64,000 nucleotides of DNA from Centroscyllium fabricii. Taxonomy: Eukaryota. Position 1 is the first letter of the stretch. Every line of letters begins with the position of its first letter. Positions 49,792 through 62,147 of the stretch are shown here, one piece after another. The stretch lies in contig JBNRSN020000024.1 in the NCBI GenBank assembly GCA_051313645.2, positions 36,332,001-36,396,000 on the forward strand. The letters are read 5' to 3'. Below the pieces are notes generated by a model. The model had not been told where the DNA came from and did no database searches. It was given only the letters and a program-made list of their open reading frames with translations. The position numbers and the translations under genes were made by a program.

Positions 49792-52029
49792 AGGATGCGC
49801 ACCAAACATTAGTGACTGTCTGGGGCATTAAGCTTTTTAGTCAGTGTGCAACTGCCAGTCAACCCACATGATGTGGATGCTCACTGAGAACATACCTGAA
49901 ATGACTCTCCTCCCTCTGATATAAACATTGAGGACCCACCTGTACGTAAACTATATACAGCTCTCAGGGATATCTTAAGATTTACAGTCTACTCCTAATA
50001 ATTCAAAGTTTATTGCACCTCAAAAATTTGAATTATCCAATCATTCAAATTAAGCAGCTGGCATTAAGAGGAACAGACTATCCGCCTAATCAAAAAGAGT
50101 GATACAGGTTCAAACTGATTTAAATACTGTTAGGGCTGAAATACACCAAGCTTGGAGTCACTTTAATCTAAAATGAGTAAGAATTGAAAGTCTGACTCCA
50201 TCGCTGAGAATGGGGCATGACTCCAGAGGGTCCCATCCCATGGTGTTTTCCATTCTTTCGATCTGGCAGCAACACTGATGATGAGCTTTGTAATTTCTCA
50301 ATCAAGACACTGGGAAGTGAATTACCTCATGTAGAAAGCAGGATCCAGCAGCACTGCCCGTCCATTTAAAGCCCCAGCATGTCCTCTCTCCCAGTCTGGT
50401 GAGAGCACTAGATAGAGGAAGTTTAACCGGGGGCGAACGAACCCATTTTTGTAGTAAGCACAGCTCATGTGGGTCAAACAAAAGGGACACTGTAACTTGG
50501 GCAAAAAAAAAGATCAGAGGCTGCGCCCGAGATCAGTGTTGCCTCATTTGAAGAACTCTCTGGGGGGTAAGCATTTCTATTACTGTGCAATAAAGTGGAC
50601 AAAATACCCCAGGTCCGTCTTACTCATTGAATTTATGCTGCATGTTACAGGATTTTTTTTAATGTGAAACGTTTCCTTTCTGTGTCTGAAACTCTCATTG
50701 AACCTGTCGTTTACCGCACTGCTCCTCACCAGCAGTGCTTGATATTGTAAAGATGTGGATGGCTGTCAGTGTTGTCAGTTCTGCCCTCACTGCGAGGATT
50801 GCCCTGATTTGTAACTGTGCTGTAGAGCTGATTGTGCTGGTTTATGTATCGCAGTTTGTTGCAGAGGTGAGGGACAGCGCTGTCTCCCGTCTGCTCTCCC
50901 AGCCATTGCCTTCTTATAAAGTATGTTCATGCTTTGGTTGCAAATGGCTTCCTGCGTTGTGAATTCTTATACAAAATAAACAATTCTGATCAATGACATG
51001 GCGTGGTCTGGTTTATTGCATGGTGAGTGGGGCACTGGGCCTGTTCTTGTTTGGGGCAAACTTTGTACATTGTGATGGAGGTGTTGATCCCTCTGCATCA
51101 GGTTTATTTTGAATAGGTTTTATGTGACAGCCTTCAGGTAAATACTGCATCTCTCTGATGGGACAGAAAATGGTATTGTACATTAGACAGCAGGATTGCT
51201 ACCCAGGCTATAATCTCCTTGGAATGTTTTATAATGGGTAATCACTCCTTACCTATAAAGGAACAATTAAGCTAATTAGCAGTGGTGATATTAATACCAT
51301 CAGCCAGACTGAGGTTTGAACCAGTTGACTCTATTGCACTTCAGAGCAGATGTATTAACAGCAAAAAATGCAGCATCTCGACCTGGTGTCTCTGCCTCAG
51401 CACTACACAAACACGATCCAGCACCTCACTGCTACAGCCTCACTGCTAAAGTGGGTGCGTCACTGCTAAAGTGGAGATGTGTAATTTCAGAATTAGTAGC
51501 AACTTCTACAGTTTTAGAAGGTAAAGAGATTATAACAACCTGGATTCATATGGCACCTTTAGTGTAATAAAATGTCCCAAATAACTTCACATAGGCAAAA
51601 TGAACCAAACGCTGAGAAACGGTGAGAGCAGGATCAGGGCAGCCGGTGACCAAAGGCATGATGAAAGAGGTAAAGCTTTGAGGGGACCTTTGAAGTAGTG
51701 GGGGGCACAATAGCAAGGCAGAGCGATTTAGGCCAGAGTCAGCATGTGCTGGAACACAGGGCTGCAGAAGGGGCGAGGCAAGGCAATGGGAGACATAGAT
51801 GAGGACAAGGATTTTCAAATCTATGTGTTGGGTTAGGAAGCCAATGAGGTTGGTAAGGACAGGGTTAAGGGAGCATAACATAGTGTGGAATAGGAGGCAG
51901 GCAGCACAGTAGTTTGAGGGGGAGGAGGGAACACCCAATAGGAATACTGATCAACACAAGCACATTTTCAAGGAGAAATGAAGAACATCAGGAAGATGGA
52001 CTGAATACTCAAATACCTGCAAAGAAACT

Positions 52030-52475
52030 AAGAACGTGACTTTATACAGTGTCTTTCACAACCTCAGGATATCCCAAGACCCTTCACAGTTAATAAAGTG
52101 CTTTTTTTGAAGTGTAGCCACTGTTATAATGTGGGGAAACACAGCAGCCAATGTTCCCAAAGCAAGACCCCACAAACAACACTGAGATAAATGACCAGAT
52201 AATCTGTTTTAGTGAAGTTGGTTGAGGGTAAACATTGCTCAGGACAACAGAATTCCCCAGCTCTTCTTCCAATGGTGCTGTGGGGTGTTTTATGCCCACC
52301 TAAACAGGCAGACTCAGTTTAGTATCTCATTCAAAACATGGCACCTCCAACAGTAAAGCACTCCCTCGGTACTGCACGGAAGTATCAGCTTAGATTATGC
52401 GCTCAAGTCTCTGGCGCGAGGCTTGAACCCACAACCTTCTGACTCAGAGACAAGAGTGCTACCACTGAGCAAAAG
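52030..52475 (-). mobile_element. DeuSINE/SacSINE1-like SINE
   Basis: Reverse complement of the 38955-39325 family (GAACCCACAACCTTCTGACTC). Confidence 0.7.
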
Positions 52476-52789
52476 CTGGCACCTGTTCCCAGCATTTCAC
52501 TAACTCACTGCTGGCCTGAATTTAACCAGAAAATAGAGAAATTAAATTGTTGTCAGATCACCAGGACTACAGTAAGAGTAGGGCTCAACAGAAAATCCAT
52601 TTCAAATCTGGATTCTGCAGACTGAACCATCCTGCATCTAACAGAAATGCTATGTCGGTTTAACTTTACATATTGCCAATGAATTAAAAGGACAGCAACC
52701 AGATTAAAACAAGACAAAAATGCTTCACCTACATGTGCGACTCTTCTGATGCTCTCCGCCACTGTAACAAATTCTAGTTTTCTGGCCTT

Positions 52790-54740
52790 AACGGTCTCCT
52801 TTTCATTATGGATCTACACATCCATCCCTCACCAGGGCAGCCTTCCGGGTTCCTGGTTCTTCCTCAACCGGCAGTCTAGTCAGTCCCCATCCTCCACCCC
52901 TCTCCTCCATCTGGTTGAATGCACATTGAACAATTTTTCCTTTAACTCAACTCATTTCTTCCAGATAAAAGGTGTTACTATGGCAACCTACATGGGTCCT
53001 TTCCTAGCTATGCCTGTCTTTGTACGATATGTTGAACACACTTTGTTCCAGTTTTACACTGGTCCCCCGTTTGACCTCTCTTTCTGTTATATTGATCACT
53101 GCGTTAGTGCTGTTTCCTCCACTCACTCTGATATAGAGGATTTCATTGTTCAAATTTCCATCTTCCCCTTGCCATGATATGGTTCATCTCAGACTCTTCC
53201 TTCCCTGCCTTGACTTCTCTCTTTCTGTCTCTGAGAATAGGCTTTCGACTGACATCTATTACAAGGCCAATGAGCAGGAATATACCTCTTCCCACTTTGC
53301 TTCCTGTAAGAACTCCATTCCCTTCTCCCAGTTCCTCCGTCTCCATCGCATCTGCTCATGTTACCACCTTCCACACACCAAAGCTTCTGAAATGGCCTCC
53401 TTTTTCCTCAGCTAAGGATTCCCTTCCATTATAGTAGAGAGAGCTCATGACTGACTCCCTCCCTTTTCCCATACTTCTACCCACACTTCACTCAGCCTCC
53501 CGCCCCCCCCCCCCCAAAAAAAAACTATGACAGGGTCACCCTTGTCTCATCTCCCACCCCACTACCATCTCCATTCAACAGATCATCTTCTGCCATTTCC
53601 ACCACCTCCAACATGATTTCACCACCAAATACATCTTCCCTTCTACTACCCTATCAACTGAAGCAACCATTCTCTCCGTGATCCCCTGGTTCACTCTTCC
53701 ACCACCCCTGCTCTCCTTTGACATTTTCCTATGTAACACCTGCCCATTCACCTCCTCTGACACCATGGTCCAAGGTCCCAACACTCCTTCCAGGTGAGAC
53801 AAAAATGTACGTGTGCTTCCTCCAGCCTGTGTGACTTCTTGCATTTGTCCTCCAGCCTAGTATACAGTATTCATTACTCATAGTGCAGTCTTCTCCATAT
53901 CGTGGAAACCAAACACAATTCATTGTTTTGATGAACATCTCCATTCGGTCCGCAAGTGTGACCCTGAGCTCCCAGTCACTTGCCACTTCAATTCTCTGTC
54001 CCACTCCAACCTTTCTGTGTTTGGCCTTCTAAGATGACCTAACAAAGCTCAATGAAAGCTCGAGGAACAGCACCTTATCATTCTACCAGGCACTTTGCAG
54101 CCCTCTGGCCTAAACATTAACTTTAACAATTTCACGCCTTCACTACAGTTCCCATTTTCGCTCTGACAGGAAATGCTTGCTGGCGATGTGGGATGGATGA
54201 GTCAGCATATCTGTGCCTCCAGGATTGTCCTGGGGAAGGACAAGATTAGCGTTTGGGGTGGGAACCCACTATCAGAACACCGTACTGGTGGGCTAGTGTG
54301 CACCCTTGGTCTCAATCTGTGTTTATTTCTTCCAGCAGGCTCCTGGGCCACAACAGACTGCTCTGCTTTGCCAGTTTTCCACATTTCCCTTTCCACTAGT
54401 TGGCTTCTCCTCACCCCACCCCCATTTAGGTATTTACTCACTGTCTTGTATATGTCTTTTATTTCTGTTATTATGCCTCCTATTATCACTTCTACCATCT
54501 AACCATCTGCTGCTTTCCACTTAAAGCACTTTACAGGGCATTCTATTCCTTTGTGTGTGTGGGTGTGTGTGGGCGGGAGCGTGTGCGTGTTTTCCTCTCC
54601 CCGCTCCCTTTGTTCTGTTCCTGTGTAACATCTCTCAGTTCTGACAGAAGGTCCACACCTGAAACATTAACTTGTCAGTTCTCTTCCCAGATGCTGTCTG
54701 GCCTGTTGAATGTTTCCAGCAATTACTGTTTTTGTTTCAA
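52790..54740 (+). mobile_element. Decayed Penelope-like element (RT, endonuclease, 3' region)
   Basis: NNFSFNSTHFFQIKGVTMATYMGP, YIDH, LSTDIYYK, KNSIPFSQFLRLHRICS; 53930-54130 resembles 46750-46960; degenerate hammerhead at 54637-54672. Confidence 0.85.
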
Positions 54741-54759
54741 GGCTGCTGCATTTTAAACA

Positions 54760-55640
54760 ATTCTTTCCTGGGATGTGGGCGTCACTGGCAAGGCCAGCAT
54801 TTATTGCCTATCCCTAGTTGCCCTTGAGAAGGAGGTGGTGGTGAGCCACCTTCTTAAGCCGCTGGAGTCCATGTGGTGAAGGTATACCCACAGTGCTGTT
54901 AGGGAGGGAGTTCCAGGATTTTGACCAGCAACGATGAAGGAACGGCGATATATTTCCAAGTCAGGATGGTGTGTGGCTTGGAGGGGAAGTTGGAGGTGGT
55001 GGTGTTCCCATGCACCTGCTGCCCTTGTTCTTCTAGGTGGTAGAGGTCGCAGGTTTGGGAGGTCCTGCCGAAGAAGCCTTGGCGAGTTGCTGCAGTGCAT
55101 CTTGTAGATGGTACACACTGCAGCCACAGTGCACCAGTGGTGGAGTGAGTGACTGTTTAAGGTGGTAGATGGGGTGCCAATCAAGCGGGCTGCTTTGTCT
55201 TGGGTGGTGTCGAGCTTCTTGAGTGTAGATGGAGATGCACTCATCCAGGCAAGTGGAGAGTATTCCATCACACTCCTGACTTGTGCTTTGCAGATGGTGG
55301 AAAGGCTTTGGGGAGTCAGGAGGTGAGACACCCGCCACAGAATACCCAGCCTCTGATCTGCTCTTGTTGCCACAGTATTTATGTGGCTAGTCCTGTTGTG
55401 TTTCTGGTCAATGGTGACCACCAAAATGTTGATGGTGGGGGCTTCAGCGAAGGTAATGCTGTTGAATGTCAAGGGGCAGTGGTTAGATGCTTGCTTGTTG
55501 GAGATAGTCATTGCCTGGCACTTCTGTGCTGCCACTTATCAGCCCAAGCCTGAATGTCGTCCAGGTCTTGTTGCATGCGGGCATGGACTGCTTCATTATC
55601 TGAGGAGTTGCAAATGGCGCTGAACACTGTGCAGTCATCA
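54760..55640 (-). mobile_element. CR1-group LINE 3' fragment
   Basis: ORF 54801-55535 contains KAQVRSVMEYSPLAW..LKKLDTTQDKAARLI. Confidence 0.88.
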
Positions 55641-56354
55641 CAAATGAAAAAGCCCATTGGAGAGGATGACGTACATGATTTCCATATAATTTAAAGTAGA
55701 ATACTGTCGTGCAGCAAAGGTACAACTTCTATGAACGCTGAGACAGATAATTCCCTCCATGTTCGGGGGAGCTGTTCTGTGTGCTATGACCTGCTAGTCC
55801 AATGCTGCAACCTGTGAGTTAGACTGGCCCCAAGACTGCATCCGAAGAATATAGCCAGCCCAGAATGATTAGATCGATGCCTCGTGTTGCCAAAGATGCT
55901 AATCTGGTAAGGAGAAAATGGTCTCCTGATGGTCAGAAAGCAGGCTACAACCAGGCCTATGGTCAAAGGTTAACATTGCAGGTCAGATTCAGATTCACTG
56001 CGCATTGGATGGGGTACATTCTCGTGTCCAGTGAGTTTGGTTACAAAAATGAGTGTTTCAGCTTGGAGAGGGAGAATTCGGTTAAAATGGGGAAGGGGGT
56101 GTTCAGGAAACTTTAAGCACATGCTGATGTTGTAGTCTGAGGGAGGATTTACAGATGGACAGTGGAATCAAGACTTAGTCAGAATGCATGCAAGTTCAGT
56201 TTTAAAAGGCTGCATTAAAAGGTGGCTATAAAATTCATCTTGGAGGGAAGGAAACAGTTTTAACAAAAGCAATCACATTGACATATGTTTATTACCTTTC
56301 CATACTACACTTACCTTCCGTCCTTCATTCAGAATCTGGTTTACACTTGGAGGA

Positions 56355-56725
56355 TAGAGGTATAGAGTACAAAAGCCTGGAAGTCATGCTAAATCTATAT
56401 AAAACACCAGTTCGGCCCCAGCTGGAGTATTGTATTCAATTCTGGGCACCACACTTTAGGAAGACCATGAAGGCTTTAGCGAGGGCACAGAAGAGATTTA
56501 CTAGAATGGTTCCAGGGATGAGAAAATACAGACACGTGGATAGACTGGAGAAGCTGGGCTTGTTCTCCTTGGGGCAGAGAAGGCTAAGAGGAGATTTGAT
56601 AGCGGTGTTTTAAATCATGAAGGGTTTAGATAGGGTAAATAAAGAGAAACTGTTTCCAATGGCTGGAGGGTCAATACAAGAGGGCACCGATTTAAGGTGA
56701 TTGGCAAAAAAAAACCAGAGGCGAC
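56355..56725 (+). mobile_element. CR1 ORF2 C-terminal fragment
   Basis: LYKTPVRPQLEYCIQFWAPH..QKRFTRM..LGLFSLGQRRLRGDL. Confidence 0.88.
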
Positions 56726-57866
56726 GTAAGTGTTAGAGAGTGATCCCATGTTCACCAACTTGAAGGCCGAGAATTTAATAGCGCTGAGGGGGCGGGTTTG
56801 GAGGCAGATCTGCTGTCAAACTAGCAAAGATGGACAGCGGGTAGGAAACCCACTGTCAACCCGCCTCCACGCAAGTCTCCCAGGTATCGGGTCTGTCAGC
56901 GCAGAACTGACCCGACACCAAGCGGCACGGGATACAATTCACCTACTTAAATGGCTTGTTAAGAGCCAATTTAAGAGTATTTTGAGGCTTACTTCTAATT
57001 TTACCTTCTCTCCCACGGGTTACCCACTGTTTGGGGAACACACCAGCTCAACCTGCCATGTTTGGAGTCTGCTCTGATGTTTGTGAAAAGCTGACAGCTG
57101 CAGAAGGATGTCAAGGATTCCATGTTGCAGCTGGTGAGTTTCAGAGCACAGGAAACGTTGGTTACAGCATTTATAATACATATAGATATCTTTAGCATAA
57201 GTTTTCAGCTCCAACTGTATGTCCAGTGCCACCTCATTGGGAGAGCCCCTCTCACCATTGACAGATCGCTTCTGTCATCTCACCTGCAGCTGCCATCTAT
57301 TCCAGCAACATCGGAGCCAATGAAACAATCAGACCGTGGTCCACCGAATCCTTCCACGATCAGCCCCAACACCAACATCACCAACCTTCCCGCCATCACC
57401 TGATGCTGCACTGGACACAAGGCATCAGCTCCTGACAAAATTGCTGGCCGGGAGGCCAGCGATGGCATCACCATGGCCAGACTTTCTTCACTTGATGCTG
57501 TAAACCCTGGCTGCCACATGATGCGCCAGGTTGACACCATCCCACACCAGCACCGTGAAGCATCCCTTCAATGTCCAAGTCATTCCATGCACACACATCA
57601 CGATAGCAGGGGGGGGGGGGGGGGGGGGGGGGGGCGGTTATGACTGCACAATCACTGGAACTCAGTAAGACAGTTCTCAAGGTTCGCTCAGATCTGTCCA
57701 AGGGGCACTGCTTGAAAAAGAGATTTCACTGTATGACAACACATTACCAGAAACTTCACATGGACATTGGCTAAACCTCTTAAGTGCCTACCCTTGTGTC
57801 TTGTTAGTTGGTATGCTTGCAGTAGTAGGGTGGTATATATGTGCTGTCTTCAAATTAACTTCTCTT

Positions 57867-57955
57867 TCGCCTGAGGAAGGAGCAGCGCTCTGAAAGCTTG
57901 TGATTTCAAATAAAACTGTTGGACTATAACCTGGTGTTTGTGTGACTTCTTGCAT
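57867..57955 (+). mobile_element. Short hammerhead-containing Penelope-type repeat
   Basis: TCGC-CTGAGGA-AGGAGCAGCGCTCT-GAAA-GC-TT-GTGA then AATAAA; second copy at 59614-59700. Confidence 0.75.
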
Positions 57956-59613
57956 TAAAGCATAAAGAGCAGGGGAGAAAGTGGGAGATGGGGAAAATAT
58001 CTAAGCCGCATGCTAACCCATTTGAAAATAAATTAGTCTATGATGAAATAAAGAAAAGAGAAAAGGAAAGATTCTGTCCCTTTTCTACTTTCAGTGTAGT
58101 GTCACTTTAAAAAAAAAGCCTGTCTGAATGTTTCGAAGCTAATAGCTGAGAAAATAAAAAAAGTTTGTTTAACAAAAGATTAAGTTTCAGTGTAAGATTT
58201 AACCTTGGAGTCGCGGTTGCTATGGTGAAATTTCCAAAGCAGTTTGATTTGATTTTTTAAATGTGGAAAAACGAATTGTTCTCCAGTTATATTCAGTGTC
58301 TTTACAGACATTTGGAAAGGCATCTGAAGAAAGGACAATAATATCACAATGTCTGTTTTCTCTGTGCATCATTGTCACTTGAAATATATGTACTTGTTCA
58401 ACATGCTAATGATTGTAAGACTGAATTATAACCTGTAACTGTAATAATTGGGTTTTGTATGTAACAGAATGTGGGAAAAGCCAGTATGAATCCAGTATGA
58501 GGTGGTTTTGGTGGGGCCTCCTGTGTCACTGCTACTGCAACTACCATGCTTTACGGGTCTAATAGGACCTGGCCCATTAATAGCCCGAGTTTCTGCTTCA
58601 CACCACATCTAGTCACAACCATCAACCAACACATTTTACTCTGTATCAAAACCTATGCTCAAGTGAAACTGACAGTAAATGAGATACTTAAGTATGAGCT
58701 GCACAATTATGTGGCACAATTGTCTGAGGGGCTTCAGTGAGCTCGTGATGCGACTGAACTCCTCCTGAAAGCATTTTTATGTTTTGGAACAAGACATTTC
58801 GAGAATATATATTGAAATTGACAGCATAGGGGACGATTCACACTGGTGGGATATTGGGCTTGATACATCAGCACACCCTCAGGTTCGTATTATTTCACTG
58901 GCAGTTCTCCAACTTGCAATGACAGTGTATTTGATACATGTACCCCGTGTAGTAAGACTTTAATGCATAAGCCAATTGTGTACTCATGCCCATGACTAAC
59001 CGGCACTAACAAATTAATTGAGCACACCGAAAGAGAAGATCCGAAGCAATGTGGAGGAGACCCCAGGCGGGGTAAGAGCAGGAACAATAGAAGGAACAGA
59101 GGAGACCCCAGGCGGGGCAGAATTGGAACACCGGGTCAGCGAATTGAATTTGAGTAAGGAGTCGCTCCTCCCCTTCAAAGGAGTAGACTGTAAGAAAGGG
59201 GGAAATCTTCATTTCTGAGTCTCCCTATTAACTAATGCTCAAGTTGAGAAAGCAATAAGGGGACCACGAGTGGCGGGGAGTAGCCTATAATATCAGCCAG
59301 CATCCCTGGGCACGAATGATATCAGCAGGCCTAGTGATTGTCCAGTGTCTGGTCTTAATCGTCCTCATTATGTCTTGCTATTTTAAATATCTGACTCTCC
59401 AATTGAACCATCGAACTAACAATTTAGTGCTGGCATGATATATGCAAAATCAAAAATGAGAAGTCGAAATAGAGTTTTTCTCCCTCTCAAGGTGGGGAGT
59501 ATGTTAGAAATCAGGGGTGTCCAAAATGTATAGGGTTATGCGAACAAAATTGTGACACAAATAATGCTGTGTTTACATGATGGTGTTAGAACTGGAGACA
59601 AAAGTCTCTTCAG

Positions 59614-59700
59614 TCACCGGACGAAGGAGCAGCACTCAGAAAGCTTGTGATTTCAAATAAAACTGTTGGACTATAACCTGGTCTTGTGTGACTTCTTACA
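59614..59700 (+). mobile_element. Second copy of the short hammerhead repeat (core mutated)
   Basis: TCAC-CGGACGA-AGGAGCAGCACTCA-GAAAGCTTGTGATTTCAAATAAAACTGTTGGACTATAACCTGG. Confidence 0.75.
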
Positions 59701-59711
59701 ATAGAGACATA

Positions 59712-60769
59712 GGGCATGAAATTGGCGCCTTAGCGCCGGCCGATTAGCGCTGGTAAATGGGCGCAGGACGGTTTTGCGGTGAGTGCAAAAAATTTAGCGC
59801 CGGGCGCTAAATTCGCCACCTGACTAGCGCCGGCGCTAACTGTTAGCGCACGCTAATTTGCGATCGGCAATCGTCGTGCAAATCCAGATGCAATGCCCGC
59901 CCGCTGGGCTGCACCCGATATTTGCCGTTGCGCCAGTCCCCCCAGCTCGGCGCAGCGTTGCTGAGGGTCTGAGTGGCCACTGCAGCGCTGCTAAAAGGGC
60001 GAATCTCCCTTTCCTCAGTAGCCTCTTCGGCCCGAGATCGGTCAGTTGCTGCGGGAGGGGGGTCAACCCGAGATTGGCCAGATGCTGCGGGAGGGGGGTC
60101 AGCCCGAGATCGGCCAGATGCTGCGGGAGGGGGGTCAGCGAGAGATCAGGCAGATGATGAAGGGGGTCGGGCGACCCGAGATCGGGCAGATGATGAGGGG
60201 CGTTGGCAGAGATCGGGCAGATGATGAGGGAGGGGTGCCGACACATCATGCACTGCTTCCCCTACACCCTTTAAGACCTGTCCGGCTCCAGAGTTCATGG
60301 AAATGCAAGAAGTTGCTGAAGGAGCGCTGTGCCTGCGATCGCAAATTGGCACTACCAAATTGGGCGTTCGCACTCATGCAATGCTAGAATTCGGGCGGCA
60401 CAATAGTTAGCACTGTTGCCTCACAGCGCTAGAGTCCCGGGTTCAAATCCGGCCTCGGGTGACTATCTGTGTGGAGTTTGCACATTCTCCCCGTGTCTAC
60501 ATGGGTTTCCACCGGGTGCTCCGGTTTCCTCCCACAGTCCAAAGATGTGCGGGTTAGGTTGATTGGCCATGATAAATTGACCCTTAGTGTTAGGGGGATT
60601 AAATATGTGGGGTTATGGGGATAGGGTGGGATATGAAATGGCCTCTATCTGCACTGTAGGGATTCTATGATTCTATGAATTAGCGCCGCAATCTGCGGGC
60701 ACTCCGGCACTAATTCAGCGCAGTGCCAATTTTAGCATCCCAATTCGTGCGCTCACGAATTTCGCGCCC
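59712..60769. mobile_element. GC-rich Harbinger-like element with an internal ~36-bp repeat and a nested SINE
   Basis: TIRs GGGCATGAAATTGG / CGAATTTCGCGCCC; TSD ATA; many TTAGCGCC subterminal motifs. Confidence 0.72.
60393..60676 (+). mobile_element. HE1-like SINE with CTATGATT tail
   Basis: tRNA-like head, core, GGATTCTATGATTCTATG end; GAATT on both sides. Confidence 0.9.
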
Positions 60770-60902
60770 ATAGAGTCAGAGGGCGCAAAATTCGTGATCG
60801 CACAATTTGGGGTGCTAAAATGGGCGCAGCGCTTAAATTAGCGCCGGAGCGCTCGATATTCACTTCTGCACCGGCATCCCATGGATCTTAATTGAATTCA
60901 AA

Positions 60903-62147
60903 GGGCTAGAAATTCGGTGGCTTGCGCCTGCCGTTAACGCCCCAAGAAGGCTGCTAATTGCGCGCAAGCCTGGCGTGGAGCCTCCCGGGATATTCAGTGG
61001 GGCGCTGACGTGGGCGGTAGCTGTTAGCGCCCCACTGAATATTAGGCACTGTTCGCTGCCGGGGATGACGTCATAAGCGTGCGCAGCGCCACTCTGGCGC
61101 CAGCAGCTGAAATTGAGTCGCGCCCGCTGAGTTTTCGGCAGGCGCTGCCCGCGACAGCTTTTTCCTGCCATAACTGCAGCGGGGCCAACTGCCAGCACCT
61201 TTCCCCTCTGCCGCCCCCGGGCTCCCCCGCGGTGTGCTGCCTCCGATCAATGAGCCCGGCACTTCCCTCGAGTGCCGGCCTCCTTCGGCGACATGGCGTT
61301 CCACGGCGGCCCTCCGGCTGAAACCGCGCTAGGCCCCTCCCCTTTAAGGCCCTGTCACACCTAGACGATTTAGCCAGCGTATGCAAATTTTGCTCATACG
61401 CTGGTTTACGTCGGGCACGTTATGGGAACGTTATGCATACGTTAAGAGTACGCTGGACATACGTTGTAGACGTCGATATACGTTGAAAAAGTCGTGATTT
61501 TTTGTGCATGCACAAAAAATCATGACGTACAAATGTTACAATTTATACGTTCCCCATACGCTGGCCATACGTTGCAAGCACGTTTTACACACTTTGCCTT
61601 GCCCCTGTGATGCCCTGTCACCATGACGATTTAAGCTAGCGTTTTTCAATTTATCCAAATTTTTCTAAAACGTCGGCGATACGCTGCATACGTTAGACTA
61701 TCGTTAGACTATCGTTAGACTATCGTTAAACTATCGTTGGGCACAAGTTGTGAACGCCTACAACACGCTAAGCATTCGTTGGCATAAGTTATCGATACGT
61801 TCTGTGTACGTTACTAATACGTTATGCATACGTTATGAATACGCTACTATAAACCCAAAACAGAAAAAGTGTCAAAATTTCAGCGTTTTAGCCTAATTTG
61901 CATACGCAGGCAGAATCGTCTAGGTGTGACAGGGCCATTAATCGGGGAGGAAGGCCTGCAGTACCGCGGCGCGGCACTCTGTGCTGCAGCGACCCTCAGT
62001 GCCCGGAACTTTGGCTGTAGCACCTAAAGAATGAGGTCGGGCGCCTGTCTTAGCGCCCGACCTCCTACTGTGGGCGCTACAACCCAATTTCTGCGCTAAC
62101 GGTGCCAGCGGTCAGCAGGCGAACGTGCGCAACGCAATTTATCCCCC
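60903..62147. mobile_element. GC-rich Harbinger-like element hosting the 61347 MITE
   Basis: Imperfect TIRs GGGCTAGAAATT..GCGCCTGC / GCAGGCGAAC..AATTTATCCCCC. Confidence 0.55.
61347..61937. mobile_element. MITE with perfect 23-bp TIRs (PIF/Harbinger-like)
   Basis: GGCCCTGTCACACCTAGACGATT (61348-61370) and its exact complement (61914-61936); TTA(A) on both flanks. Confidence 0.9.
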
